Assembly: GCF_009914755.1 (NCBI RefSeq)
Contig: NC_060937.1
Strand: one strand, 5' to 3'
DNA from: the human T2T-CHM13v2.0 reference genome, Homo sapiens
DNA: 64,000 nt
The translations under genes and the position numbers were made by a program. The notes under the pieces were generated by a model. It was given only the letters and a program-made list of their open reading frames with translations. It ran no database searches and was not told the DNA's origin. Positions 33,301 to 50,500 of this stretch are shown piece after piece (within the stretch, counting starts at the first letter, position 1; each line of letters opens with the position of its first letter).

Positions 33301-36300
33301 AAATATCAAAGTACCCAAATATATATCATATACTGTACATGAAATATCAAAGTTCACAAACTATATATTATATACCGTACATAAAATATCAAAGTACCCA
33401 AACTATACATTATATACTGTACATAAAATATGAAATTACATCAAATATATATTTTATTAGGTATGTAAAATATGAAAGTACATCAAATATAGATTATATA
33501 CTGTACATAAAATACCAAAGTACCCCAAATATATATTTTATACTGTACATGAAATATCAAAGTTCTCAAACTATATATTATATACTGCACATAAAATATC
33601 AACGTACCCAAGGTATATATTCCATACTGTACAAAAATTATCAAAGTACCCAAAGCATATATTATATGCTGTACATAAAATATGAAAGTACATCAAATAT
33701 ATATTTTATTCTGTACATAAAATATCAAAGTACACCAAATATATATTCTATACTGTACATAAAATATCAAGGTACCCAAACTATACATTATATACTGTAC
33801 ATAAGATATGAAATTACATCAAATATATATTATATTAGGTACATAAAATATGAAAGTACATCAAATATAGATTATATACTGTACATAAAATATCAAAGTA
33901 CCCAAATATATATCATATACTGTACATGAAATATCAAAGTTCACAAACTATATATTATATACTGTACATAAAATATCAAAGTACCCAAACTATACATTAT
34001 ATACTGTACATAAAATATGAAATTACATCAAATATATATTTTATTAGGTATGTAAAATATGAAAGTACATCAAATATAGATTATATACTGTACATAAAAT
34101 ACCAAACTACCCCAAATATATATTTTATACTGTACATGAAATATCAAAGTTCTCAATCTATATATTATATACTGCACATAAAATATCAAAGTACCCAAGG
34201 TATATATTCCATACTGTACAAAAAATATCAAAGTACCCAAAGCATATATTATATGCTGTACATAAAATATGAAAGTACATGAAATATATATTTTATTCTG
34301 TACATAAAATATCAAAGTACACCAAATATATATTCTATACTGTACATAAAATATCAAGGTACCCAAACTATACATTATATACTGTACATAAAATATGAAA
34401 TTACATCAAATATATATTATATTAGGTACATAAAATATGAAAGTACATCAAATATAGCTTATATACTGTACATAAAATATCAAAGTACCCAAATATATAT
34501 CATATACTGTACATGAAATATCAAAGTTCACAAACTATATATTATATACTGTACATAAAATATCAAAGTACCCAAACTATACATTATATACTGTACATAA
34601 AATATGAAATTACATCAAATATATATTATATTAGGTATGAAAATATGAAAGTACATCAAATATAGATTATATACTGTACATAAAATACCAAAGTAACCCA
34701 AATATATATTTTATACTGTACATGAAATATCAAAGTTCTCAAACTATATATTATATACTGCACATAAAATATCAAAGTACCCAAGGTATATATTCCATAC
34801 TGTACAAAAAATATCAAAGTACCCAAAGCATATATTATATGCTGTACATAAAATATGAAAGTACATCAAATATAGATTATATACTGTACATAAAATATCA
34901 AAGTACACCAAATATATATTCTATACTGTACATAAAATATCAAGGTACCCAAACTATACATTATATACTGTACATAAGATATGAAATTACATCAAATATA
35001 TATTATATTAGGTACATAAAATATGAAAGTACATCAAATATAGATTATATACTGTACATAAAATCTCAAAGTACCCAAATATATATCATATACTGTACAT
35101 GAAATATCAAAGTTCACAAACTATATATTATATACTGTACATAAAATATCAAAGTACCCAAACTATACATTATATACTGTACATAAAATATGAAATTACA
35201 TCAAATATATATTTTATTAGGTATGTAAAATATGAAAGTACATCAAATATAGATTATATACTGTACATAAAATACCAAAGTACCCCAAATATATATTTTA
35301 TACTGTACATGAAATATCAAAGTTCTCAAACTATATATTATATACTGCACATAAAATATCAAAGTACCCAAGTTATATATTCCATACTGTACAAAAAATA
35401 TCAAAGTACCCAAAGCATATATTATATGCTGTACATAAAATATGAAAGTACATCAAGTATATATTTTATTCTGTACATAAAATATCAAAGTACACCAAGT
35501 ATATATTCTATACTGTACATAAAATATCAAGGTACCCAAACTATACATTATATACTGTATATAAGATATGAAATTACATCAAATATATATTATATTATGT
35601 ACGTAAAATATGAAAGTACATCAAATATAGCTTATATACTGTACATAAAATATCAAAGTACCCAAATATATATCATATACTGTACATGAAATATCAAAGT
35701 TCACACACTATATATTATATACTGTACATAAAATATCAAAGTACCCAAACTATACATTATATACTGTACATAAAATATGAAATTACATCAAATATATATT
35801 TTATTAGGTATGTAAAATATGAAAGTACATCAAATATAGATTATATACTGTACATAAAATACCAAAGTACCCCAAATATATATTTTATACTGTACATGAA
35901 ATATCAAAGTTCTCAAACTATATATTATATACTGCACATAAAATATCAAAGTACCCAAGGTATATATTCCATACTGTACAAAAAATATCAAAGTACCCAA
36001 AGCATATATTATATGCTGTACATAAAATATGAAAGTACATCAAGTATATATTTTATTCTGTACATAAAATATCAAAGTACACCAAGTATATATTCTATAC
36101 TGTACATAAAATATCAAGGTACCCAAACTATACATTATATACTGTATATAAGATATGAAATTACATCAAATATATATTATATTATGTACGTAAAATATGA
36201 AAGTACATCAAATATAGCTTATATACTGTACATAAAATATCAAAGTACCCAAATATATATCATATACTGTACATGAAATATCAAAGTTCACACACTATAT

Positions 36301-39300
36301 ATTATATACTGTACATAAAATATCAAAGTACCCAAACTATACATTATATACTGTACATAAAATATGAAATTACATCAAATATATATTTTATTAGGTATGT
36401 AAAATATGAAAGTACATCAAATATAGATTATATACTGTACATAAAATACCAAAGTACCCCAAATATATATTTTATACTGTACATGAAATATCAAAGTTCT
36501 CAAACTATATATTATATACTGCACATAAAATATCAAAGTACCCAAGGTATATATTCCATACTGTACAAAAAATATCAAAGTACCCAAAGCATATATTATA
36601 TGCTGTACATAAAATATGAAAGTAAATGAAATATATATTTTATTCTCTACATAAAATATCAAAGTACACCAAATATATATTCTATACTGTACATAAAATG
36701 TCAAGTTACCCAAAGTATACATTATATACTGTACATAAAATATGAAATTACATCAAATATATATTATATTAGGTACATAAAATATGAAAGTACATCAAAT
36801 ATAGATTATATACTGTACATAAAATATCAAAGTACCCAAATATATATCATATACTGTACATGAAATATCAAAGTTCACAAACTATATATTATATACTGTA
36901 CATAAAATATCAAAGTACCCAAACTATACATTATATACTGTACATAAAATATGAAATTACATCAAATATATATTTTATTAGGTATGTAAAATATGAAAGT
37001 ACATCAAATATAGATTATATACTGTACATAAAATACCAAAGTACCCCAAATATATATTTTATACTGTACATGAAATATCAAAGTTCTCAAACTATATATT
37101 ATATACTGCACATAAAATATCAAAGTACCCAAGGTATATATTCCATACTGTACAAAAAATATCAAAGTACCCAAAGCATATATTATATGCTGTACATAAA
37201 ATATGAAAGTACATCAAATATATATTTTATTTTGTACATACAATATCAAAGTACACCAAATATATATTCTATACTGTACATAAAATATCAAGGTATGCAA
37301 ACTATACATTATATACTGTACATAAAATATGAAATTACATCAAATATATATTATATTAGGTACATAAAATATGAAAGTACATCAAATATAGATTATATAC
37401 TGTACATAAAATATCAAAGTACCCAAATATATATCATATACTGTACATGAAATATCAAAGTTCACAAACTATATATTATATACTGTACATAAAATATCAA
37501 AGTACCCAAACTATACATTATATACTGAACATAAAATATGAAATTACATCAAATATATATTATATTAGGTATGTAAAATATGAAAGTACATCAAATATAG
37601 ATTATATACTGTACATAAAATACCAAAGTACCCCAAATATATATTTTATACTGTACATGAAATATCAAAGTTCTCAAACTGTATATTATATAGTGCACAT
37701 AAAATATCAAAGTACCCAAGGTATATATTCCATACTGTACAAAAAATATCAAAGTACCCAAAGCATATATTATTTGCTGTACATAAAATATGAAAGTTCA
37801 TCAAATATATATTTTATTCTGTACATAAAATATCAAAGTACACCAAATATATATTCTATACTGTACATAAAATATCAAGGTACCCAAACTATACATTATA
37901 TACTGTACAAAAAAAATGAAATTACATCAAATATATATTATATTAGGTACATAAAATATGAAAGTACATCAAATATAGATTATATACTGTACATAAAATA
38001 TCAAAGTACCCAAATATATATCATATACTGTACATGAAATATCAAAGTTCACAAACTATATATTATATACTGTACATAAAATATCAAAGTACCCAAACTA
38101 TACATTATATACTGTACATAAAATATGAAATTACATCAAATATATATTTTATTAGGTATGTAAAATATGAAAGTACATCAAATATAGATTATATACTGTA
38201 CATAAAATACCAAAGTACCCCAAATATATATTTAATTCTGTACATGAAATATCAAAGTTCTCAAACTGTATATTATATACTGCACATAAAATATCAAAGT
38301 ACCCAAGGTATATATTCCATACTGTACAAAAAATATCAAAGTACCCAAAGCATATATTATATGCTGTACATAAAATATGAATGTACATCAAATATATATT
38401 TTATTCTGTACATAAAATATCAAAGTACACCAAATATATATTCTATACTGTACATAAAATATCAAGGTACCCAAACTATACATTATATACTGTACATAAA
38501 ATACGAAATTACATCAAATATATATTATATTAGGTACATAAAATATGAAAGTACATCAAATATAGATTATATACTGTACATAAAATATCAAAGTACCCAA
38601 ATATATATCATATACTGTACATGAAATATCAAAGTTCACAAACTATATATTATATACTGTACATAAAATATCAAAGTACCCACACTATACATTATATACT
38701 GTACATAAAATATGAAATTACATCAAATATATATTTTATTAGGTATGTAAAATATGAAAGTACATCAAATATAGATTATATACTGTACATAAAATACCAA
38801 ACTACCCCAAATATATATTTTATACTGTACATGAAATATCAAAGTTCTCAAACTATATATTATATACTGCACAGAAAATATCAAAGTACCCAAGGTATAT
38901 ATTCCATACTGTACAAAAAATATCAAAGTACCCAAAGCATATATTATATGCTGTACATAAAATATGAAAGTACATGACATATATATTTTATTCTGTACAT
39001 AAAATATCAAAGTACACCAAATATATATTCTATACTGTACATAAAATATCAAGGTACCCAAACTATACATTATATACTGTACATAAAATATGAAATTACA
39101 TCAAATATATATTATATTAGGTACATAAAATATGAAAGTACATCAAATATAGCTTATATACTGTACATAAAATATCAAAGTACCCAAATATATATCATAT
39201 ACTGTACATGAAATATCAAAGTTCACAAACTATATATTATATACTGTACATAAAATATCAAAGTACCCAAACTATACATTATATACTGTACATAAAATAT

Positions 39301-42300
39301 GAAATTACATCAAATATATATTATATTAGGTATGAAAATATGAAAGTACATCAAATATAGATTATATACTGTACATAAAATACCAAAGTACCCCAAATAT
39401 ATATTTTATACTGTACATGAAATATCAAAGTTCTCAAACTATATATTATATACTGCACATAAAATATCAAAGTACCCAAGGTATATATTCCATACTGTAC
39501 AAAAATTATCAAAGTACCCAAAGCATATATTATATGCTGTACATAAAATATGAAAGTACATCAAATATATATTTTATTCTGTACATAAAATATCAAAGTA
39601 CACCAAATATATATTCTATACTGTACATAAAATATCAAGGTACCCAAACTATACATTATATACTGTACATAAGATATGAAATTACATCAAATATATATTA
39701 TATTAGGTACATAAAATATGAAAGTACATCAAATATAGATTATATACTGTACATAAAATCTCAAAGTACCCAAATATATATCATATACTGTACATGAAAT
39801 ATCAAAGTTCACAAACTATATATTATATACTGTACATAAAATATCAAAGTACCCAAACTATACATTATATACTGTACATAAAAGATGAAATTACTTCAAA
39901 TATATATTTTATTAGGTATGTAAAATATGAAAGTACATGAAATATAGATTATATACTGTACATAAAATACCAAAGTACCACAAATATATATTTTATACTG
40001 TACATGAAATATCAAAGTTCTCAAACTATATATTATATACTGCACATAAAATTTCAAAGTACCCAAGGTATATATTCCATACTGTACAAAAAATATCAAA
40101 GTACCCAAAGCATATATTATATGCTGTACTTAAAATATGAAAGTACATGAAATATGTATTTTATTCTCTACATAAAATATCAAAGTACACCAAATATATA
40201 TTCTATACTGTACATAAAATATCAAGGTACCCAAACTATACATTATATACTGTACATAAAATATGAAATTACATCAAATATATATTATATTAGGTACATA
40301 AAATATGAAAGTACATCAAATATAGATTATATACTGTACATAAAATATCAAAGTACCCAAATATATACCATATACTGTACATGAAATATCAAAGTTCACA
40401 AACTATATATTATATACTGTACATAAAATATCAAAGTACCCAAACTATACATTATATACTGTACATAAAATATGAAATTACATCAAATATATATTTTATT
40501 AGGTATGTAAAATATGAAAGTACATCAAATATAGATTATATACTGTACATAAAATACCAAAGTACCCCAAATATATATTTTATACAGTACATGAAATTTC
40601 AAAGTTCTCAAACTATATATTATATACTGCACATAAAATATCAAAGTACCCAAGGTATATATTCCATACTGTACAAAAAATATCAAAGTACCCAAAGCAT
40701 ATATTATATGCTGTACATAAAATATGAAAGTACATCAAGTATATATTTTATTCTGTACATAAAATATCAAAGTACACCAAGTATATATTCTATACTGTAC
40801 ATAAAATATCAAGGTACCCAAACTATACATTATATACTGTATATAAGATATGAAATTACATCAAATATATATTATATTATGTACGTAAAATATGAAAGTA
40901 CATCAAATATAGCTTATATACTGTACATAAAATATCAAAGTACCCAAATATATATCATATACTGTACATGAAATATCAAAGTTCACACACTATATATTAT
41001 ATACTGTACATAAAATATCAAAGTACCCAAACTATACATTATATACTGTACATAAAATATGAAATTACATCAAATATATATTTTATTAGGTATGTAAAAT
41101 ATGAAAGTACATCAAATATAGATTATATACTGTACATAAAATACCAAAGTACCCCAAATATATATTTTATACTGTACATGAAATATCAAAGTTCTCAAAC
41201 TATATATTATATACTGCACATAAAATATCAAAGTACCCAAGGTATATATTCCATACTGTACAAAAAATATCAAAGTACCCAAAGCATATATTATATGCTG
41301 TACATAAAATATGAAAGTACATCAAGTATATATTTTATTCTGTACATAAAATATCAAAGTACACCAAGTATATATTCTATACTGTACATAAAATATCAAG
41401 GTACCCAAACTATACATTATATACTGTATATAAGATATGAAATTACATCAAATATATATTATATTATGTACGTAAAATATGAAAGTACATCAAATATAGC
41501 TTATATACTGTACATAAAATATCAAAGTACCCAAATATATATCATATACTGTACATGAAATATCAAAGTTCACACACTATATATTATATACTGTACATAA
41601 AATATCAAAGTACCCAAACTATACATTATATACTGTACATAAAATATGAAATTACATCAAATATATATTTTATTAGGTATGTAAAATATGAAAGTACATG
41701 AAATATAGATTATATACTGTACATAAAATACCAAAGTACCCCAAATATATATTTTATACTGTACATGAAATATCAAAGTTCTCAAACTATATATTATATA
41801 CTGCACATAAAATATCAAAGTACCCAAGGTATATATTCCATCCTGTACAAAAAATATCAAAGTACCCAAAGCATATATTATATGCTGTACATAAAATATG
41901 AAAGTACATCAAGTATATATTTTATTCTGTACATAAAATATCAAAGTACACCAAGTATATATTCTATACTGTACATAAAATATCAAGGTACCCAAACTAT
42001 ACATTATATACTGTATATAAGATATGAAATTACATCAAATATATATTATATTATGTACGTAAAATATGAAAGTACATCAAATATAGCTTATATACTGTAC
42101 ATAAAATATCAAAGTACCCAAATATATATCATATACTGTACATGAAATATCAAAGTTCACACACTATATATTATATACTGTACATAAAATATCAAAGTAC
42201 CCAAACTATACATTATATACTGTACATAAAATATGAAATTACATCAAATATATATTTTATTAGGTATGTAAAATATGAAAGTACATCAAATATAGATTAT

Positions 42301-45300
42301 ATACTGTACATAAAATACCAAAGTACCCCAAATATATATTTTATACTGTACATGAAATATCAAAGTTCTCAAACTATATATTATATACTGCACATAAAAT
42401 ATCAAAGTACCCAAGGTATATATTCCATACTGTACAAAAAATATCAAAGTACCCAAAGCATATATTATATGCTGTACATAAAATATGAAAGTACATCAAA
42501 TATATATTTTATTTTGTACATACAATATCAAAGTACACCAAATATATATTCTATACTGTACATAAAATATCAAGGTACCCAAACTATACATTATATACTG
42601 TACATAAAATATGAAATTACATCAAATATATATTATATTAGGTACATAAAATATGAAAGTACATCAAATATAGATTCTATACTGTACATAAAATATCAAA
42701 GTACCCAAATATATATCATATACTGTACATGAAATATCAAAGTTCACAAACTATATATTATATACCGTACATAAAATATCAAAGTACCCAAACTATACAT
42801 TATATTCTGTACTTAAAATATGAAATTACATCAAATATATTTTATTAGGTACGTAAAATATGAAAGTACATCAAATATAGATTATATAGTGTACACAAAA
42901 TACCAAAGTACCCCAAATATATATTTTATACTGTACATGAAATATCAAAGTTCTCAAACTATATATTACATACTGCACATAAAATACCAAAGTACCCAAG
43001 GTATATATTCCATACTGTACAAAAAATATCAAAGTACCCAAAGCATATATTATATGCTGTACCTAAAATATGAAAATACATCAAATATATGTTTTATTCT
43101 GTAGATAAAATATCAAAGTACACCAAATATATATTCTATACTGTACATAAAATATCAAGGTACCCAAACTATACATTATATACTGTACATAAAATATGAA
43201 ATTACATCAAATATATATTATATTAGGTACATAAAATATGAAAGTACATCAAATATAGATTATATACTGTACATAAAATATCAAAGTACCCAAATATATA
43301 TCATATACTGTACATGAAATATCAAAGTTCACAAACTATATATTATATACTGTACATAAAATATCAAAGTACCCAAACTATACATTATATACTGTACATA
43401 AAATATGAAATTACATCAAATATATATTATATTAGGTATGTAAAATATGAAAGTACATCAAATATAGATTATATACTGTACATAAAATACCAAAGTACCC
43501 CAAATATATATTTAATACTGTACATGAAATATCAAAGTTCTCAAACTATATATTATATACTGCACATAAAATATCAAAGTACCCAAGGTATATATTCCAT
43601 ACTGTACAAAAAATATCAAAGTACCCAAAGCATATATTATATGCTGTACATAAAATATGAAAGTACATCAAATATATATTTTATTCTGTACATAAAATAT
43701 CAAAGTACACCAAATATATATTCTATACTGTACATAAAATATCAAGGTACCCAAACTATACATTATATACTGTACATAAAATATGAAATTACATCAAATA
43801 TATATTATATTAGGTACATAAAATATGAAAGTACATCAAATATAGATTATATACTGTACATAAAATATCAAACTACCCAAATATATATCATATACTGTAC
43901 ATGAAATATCAAGGTACCCAAACTATACATTATATACTGTACATAAAATATGAAATTACATCAAATATATATTAGATTAGGTATATAAAATATGAAATTA
44001 CATCAAATATATATTATATTAGGTATGTAAAATATGAAAGTAAATCAAATATAGATTATATACTGTACATAAAATACCAAAGTACCCCAAATATATATTT
44101 TATACTGTACATGAAATATCAAAGTTCTCAAACTATATATTATATACTGCACATAAAATATCAAAGTACCCAAGGTATATATTCCATACTGTACAAAAAA
44201 TATCAAAGTACCCAAAGCATGTATTATATGCTGTACAGAAAATATGAAAGTACATCAAATATATATTTTACTCTGTACATAAAATATCAAAGTACACCAA
44301 ATATATATTCTATAATGTACATAAAATATCAAGGTACCCAAACTATACATTATATACTGTACATAAAATATGAAATTACATCAAATATATATTATATTAG
44401 GTACATAAAATATGAAAGTACATCAAATATAGATTATATACTGTACATAAAATATCAAAGTACCCAAATATATATCATATACTGTACATGAAATATCAAA
44501 GTTCACAAACTATATATTATATACTGTACATAAAATATCAAAGTACCCAAACTATACATTATATACTGTACATAAAATATGAAATTACATCAAATATATA
44601 TTTTATTAGGTATGTAAAATATGAAAGTACATCAAATATAGATTATATACTGTACATAAAATACCAAAGTACCCCAAAAATATATTTTATACTGTACATG
44701 AAATATCAAAGTTCTCAAACTATATATTATATACTGCACATAAAATATCAAAGTACCCAAGCTATATATTCCATACTGTACAAAAAATATCAAAGTACCC
44801 AAAGCATATATTATATGCTGTACATAAAATATGAAAGTACATCAAATATATATTTTATTCTGTACATAAAATATCAAAGTGCACCAAATATATATTCTAT
44901 ACTGTACATAAAATATCAAGGTACCCAAACTATACATTATATACTGTACATAAAATATGAAATTACATCAAATATATATTATATTAGGTACATAAAATAT
45001 GAAAGTACATCAAATATAGATTCTATACTGTACATAAAATATCAAAGTACCCAAATATATATCATATACTGTACATGAAATATCAAAGTTCACAAACTAT
45101 ATATTATATACTGTACATAAAATATCAAAGTACCCAAACTATACATTATATTCTGTACTTAAAATATGAAATTACATCAAATATATTTTATTAGGTACGT
45201 AAAATATGAAAGTACATCAAATATAGATTATATACTGTACACAAAATACCAAAGTACCCCAAATATATATTTTATACAGTACATGAAATATCAAAGTTCT

Positions 45301-48300
45301 CAAACTATATATTACATACTGCACATAAAATATCAAAGTACCCAAGGTATATATTCCATACTGTACAAAAAATATCAAAGTACCCAAAGCATATATTATA
45401 TGCTGTACCTAAAATATGAAAATACATCAAATATATGTTTTATTCTGTAGATAAAATATCAAAGTACACCAAATATATATTCTATACTGTACATAAAATA
45501 TCAAGGTACCCAAACTATACATTATATACTATACATAAGATATGAAATTACATCAAATATATATTATATTAGGTACATAAAATATGAAAGTACATCAAAT
45601 ATAGATTCTATACTGTACATAAAATATCAAAGTACCCAAATATATATCATATACTGTACATGAAATATCAAAGTTCACAAACTATATATTATATACCGTA
45701 CATAAAATATCAAAGTACCCAAACTATACATTATATACTGTACATAAAATATGAAATTACATCAAATATATATTTTATTAGGTATGTAAAATATGAAAGT
45801 ACATCAAATATAGATTATATACTGTACATAAAATACCAAAGTACCCCAAATATATATTTTATACTGTACATGAAATATCAAAGTTCTCAAACTATATATT
45901 ATATACTGCACATAAAATATCAACGTACCCAAGGTATATATTCCATACTGTACAAAAATTATCAAAGTACCCAAAGCATATATTATATGCTGTACATAAA
46001 ATATGAAAGTACATCAAATATATATTTTATTCTGTACATAAAATATCAAAGTACACCAAATATATATTCTATACTGTACATAAAATATCAAGGTACCCAA
46101 ACTATACATTATATACTGTACATAAGATATGAAATTACATCAAATATATATTATATTAGGTACATAAAATATGAAAGTACATCAAATATAGATTATATAC
46201 TGTACATAAAATATCAAAGTACCCAAATATATATCATATACTGTACATGAAATATCAAAGTTCACAAACTATATATTATATACTGTACATAAAATATCAA
46301 AGTACCCAAACTATACATTATATACTGTACATAAAATATGAAATTACATCAAATATATATTTTATTAGGTATGTAAAATATGAAAGTACATCAAATATAG
46401 ATTATATACTGTACATAAAATACCAAACTACCCCAAATATATATTTTATACTGTACATGAAATATCAAAGTTCTCAATCTATATATTATATACTGCACAT
46501 AAAATATCAAAGTACCCAAGGTATATATTCCATACTGTACAAAAAATATCAAAGTACCCAAAGCATATATTATATGCTGTACATAAAATATGAAAGTACA
46601 TGAAATATATATTTTATTCTGTACATAAAATATCAAAGTACACCAAATATATATTCTATACTGTACATAAAATATCAAGGTACCCAAACTATACATTATA
46701 TACTGTACATAAAATATGAAATTACATCAAATATATATTATATTAGGTACATAAAATATGAAAGTACATCAAATATAGCTTATATACTGTACATAAAATA
46801 TCAAAGTACCCAAATATATATCATATACTGTACATGAAATATCAAAGTTCACAAACTATATATTATATACTGTACATAAAATATCAAAGTACCCAAACTA
46901 TACATTATATACTGTACATAAAATATGAAATTACATCAAATATATATTATATTAGGTATGAAAATATGAAAGTACATCAAATATAGATTATATACTGTAC
47001 ATAAAATACCAAAGTACCCCAAATATATATTTTATACTGTACATGAAATATCAAAGTTCTCAAACTATATATTATATACTGCACATAAAATATCAAAGTA
47101 CCCAAGGTATATATTCCATACTGTACAAAAAATATCAAAGTACCCAAAGCATATATTATATGCTGTACATAAAATATGAAAGTACATCAAATATAGATTA
47201 TATACTGTACATAAAATATCAAAGTACACCAAATATATATTCTATACTGTACATAAAATATCAAGGTACCCAAACTATACATTATATACTGTACATAAGA
47301 TATGAAATTACATCAAATATATATTATATTAGGTACATAAAATATGAAAGTACATCAAATATAGATTATATACTGTACATAAAATCTCAAAGTACCCAAA
47401 TATATATCATATACTGTACATGAAATATCAAAGTTCACAAACTATATATTATATACTGTACATAAAATATCAAAGTACCCAAACTATACATTATATACTG
47501 TACATAAAATATGAAATTACATCAAATATATATTTTATTAGGTATGTAAAATATGAAAGTACATCAAATATAGATTATATACTGTACATAAAATACCAAA
47601 GTACCCCAAATATATATTTTATACTGTACATGAAATATCAAAGTTCTCAAACTATATATTATATACTGCACATAAAATATCAAAGTACCCAAGTTATATA
47701 TTCCATACTGTACAAAAAATATCAAAGTACCCAAAGCATATATTATATGCTGTACATAAAATATGAAAGTACATCAAGTATATATTTTATTCTGTACATA
47801 AAATATCAAAGTACACCAAGTATATATTCTATACTGTACATAAAATATCAAGGTACCCAAACTATACATTATATACTGTATATAAGATATGAAATTACAT
47901 CAAATATATATTATATTATGTACGTAAAATATGAAAGTACATCAAATATAGCTTATATACTGTACATAAAATATCAAAGTACCCAAATATATATCATATA
48001 CTGTACATGAAATATCAAAGTTCACACACTATATATTATATACTGTACATAAAATATCAAAGTACCCAAACTATACATTATATACTGTACATAAAATATG
48101 AAATTACATCAAATATATATTTTATTAGGTATGTAAAATATGAAAGTACATCAAATATAGATTATATACTGTACATAAAATACCAAAGTACCCCAAATAT
48201 ATATTTTATACTGTACATGAAATATCAAAGTTCTCAAACTATATATTATATACTGCACATAAAATATCAAAGTACCCAAGATATATATTCCATACTGTAC

Positions 48301-50500
48301 AAAAAATATCAAAGTACCCAAAGCATATATTATATGCTGTACATAAAATATGAAAGTACATCAAGTATATATTTTATTCTGTACATAAAATATCAAAGTA
48401 CACCAAGTATATATTCTATACTGTACATAAAATATCAAGGTACCCAAACTATACATTATATACTGTATATAAGATATGAAATTACATCAAATATATATTA
48501 TATTATGTACGTAAAATATGAAAGTACATCAAATATAGCTTATATACTGTACATAAAATATCAAAGTACCCAAATATATATCATATACTGTACATGAAAT
48601 ATCAAAGTTCACACACTATATATTATATACTGTACATAAAATATCAAAGTACCCAAACTATACATTATATACTGTACATAAAATATGAAATTACATCAAA
48701 TATATATTTTATTAGGTATGTAAAATATGAAAGTACATCAAATATAGATTATATACTGTACATAAAATACCAAAGTACCCCAAATATATATTTTATACTG
48801 TACATGAAATATCAAAGTTCTCAAACTATATATTATATACTGCACATAAAATATCAAAGTACCCAAGGTATATATTCCATACTGTACAAAAAATATCAAA
48901 GTACCCAAAGCATATATTATATGCTGTACATAAAATATGAAAGTAAATGAAATATATATTTTATTCTCTACATAAAATATCAAAGTACACCAAATATATA
49001 TTCTATACTGTACATAAAATGTCAAGTTACCCAAAGTATACATTATATACTGTACATAAAATATGAAATTACATCAAATATATATTATATTAGGTACATA
49101 AAATATGAAAGTACATCAAATATAGATTATATACTGTACATAAAATATCAAAGTACCCAAATATATATCATATACTGTACATGAAATATCAAAGTTCACA
49201 AACTATATATTATATACTGTACATAAAATATCAAAGTACCCAAACTATACATTATATACTGTACATAAAATATGAAATTACATCAAATATATATTTTATT
49301 AGGTATGTAAAATATGAAAGTACATCAAATATAGATTATATACTGTACATAAAATACCAAAGTACCCCAAATATATATTTTATACTGTACATGAAATATC
49401 AAAGTTCTCAAACTATATATTATATACTGCACATAAAATATCAAAGTACCCAAGGTATATATTCCATACTGTACAAAAAATATCAAAGTACCCAAAGCAT
49501 ATATTATATGCTGTACATAAAATATGAAAGTACATCAAATATATATTTTATTTTGTACATACAATATCAAAGTACACCAAATATATATTCTATACTGTAC
49601 ATAAAATATCAAGTTACGCAAACTATACATTATATACTGTACATAAAATATGAAATTACATCAAATATATATTATATTAGGTACATAAAATATGAAAGTA
49701 CATCAAATATAGATTATATACTGTACATAAAATATCAAAGTACCCAAATATATATCATATACTGTACATGAAATATCAAAGTTCACAAACTATATATTAT
49801 ATACTGTACATAAAATATAAAAGTACCCAAACTATACATTATATACTGAACATAAAATATGAAATTACATCAAATATATATTATATTAGGTATGTAAAAT
49901 ATGAAAGTACATCAAATATAGATTATATACTGTACATAAAATACCAAAGTACCCCAAATATATATTTTATACTGTACATGAAATATCAAAGTTCTCAAAC
50001 TGTATATTATATAGTGCACATAAAATATCAAAGTACCCAAGGTATATATTCCATACTGTACAAAAAATATCAAAGTACCCAAAGCATATATTATTTGCTG
50101 TACATAAAATATGAAAGTTCATCAAATATATATTTTATTCTGTACATAAAATATCAAAGTACACCAAATATATATTCTATACTGTACATAAAATATCAAG
50201 GTACCCAAACTATACATTATATACTGTACAAAAAAAATGAAATTACATCAAATATATATTATATTAGGTACATAAAATATGAAAGTACATCAAATATAAA
50301 TTATATACTGTACATAAAATATCAAAGTACCCAAATATATATCATATACTGTACATGAAATATCAAAGTTCACAAACTATATATTATATACTGTACATAA
50401 AATATCAAAGTACCCAAACTATACATTATATACTGTACATAAAATATGAAATTACATCAAATATATATTTTATTAGGTATGTAAAATATGAAAGTACATC
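30351..50500 (+). repeat. About 7.8-kb near-identical duplication at offset 12,321 bp (about 30.35-38.2 kb vs 42.67-50.5 kb)
   Basis: Thirteen consecutive variant-bearing ORF pairs share the offset 12,321 (30499/42820, 30993/43314, 31790/44111, 32167/44488, 32845/45166, 33339/45660, 33926/46247, 34722/47043, 35099/47420, 35686/48007, 36273/48594, 36860/49181, 37447/49768). Confidence 0.92.
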
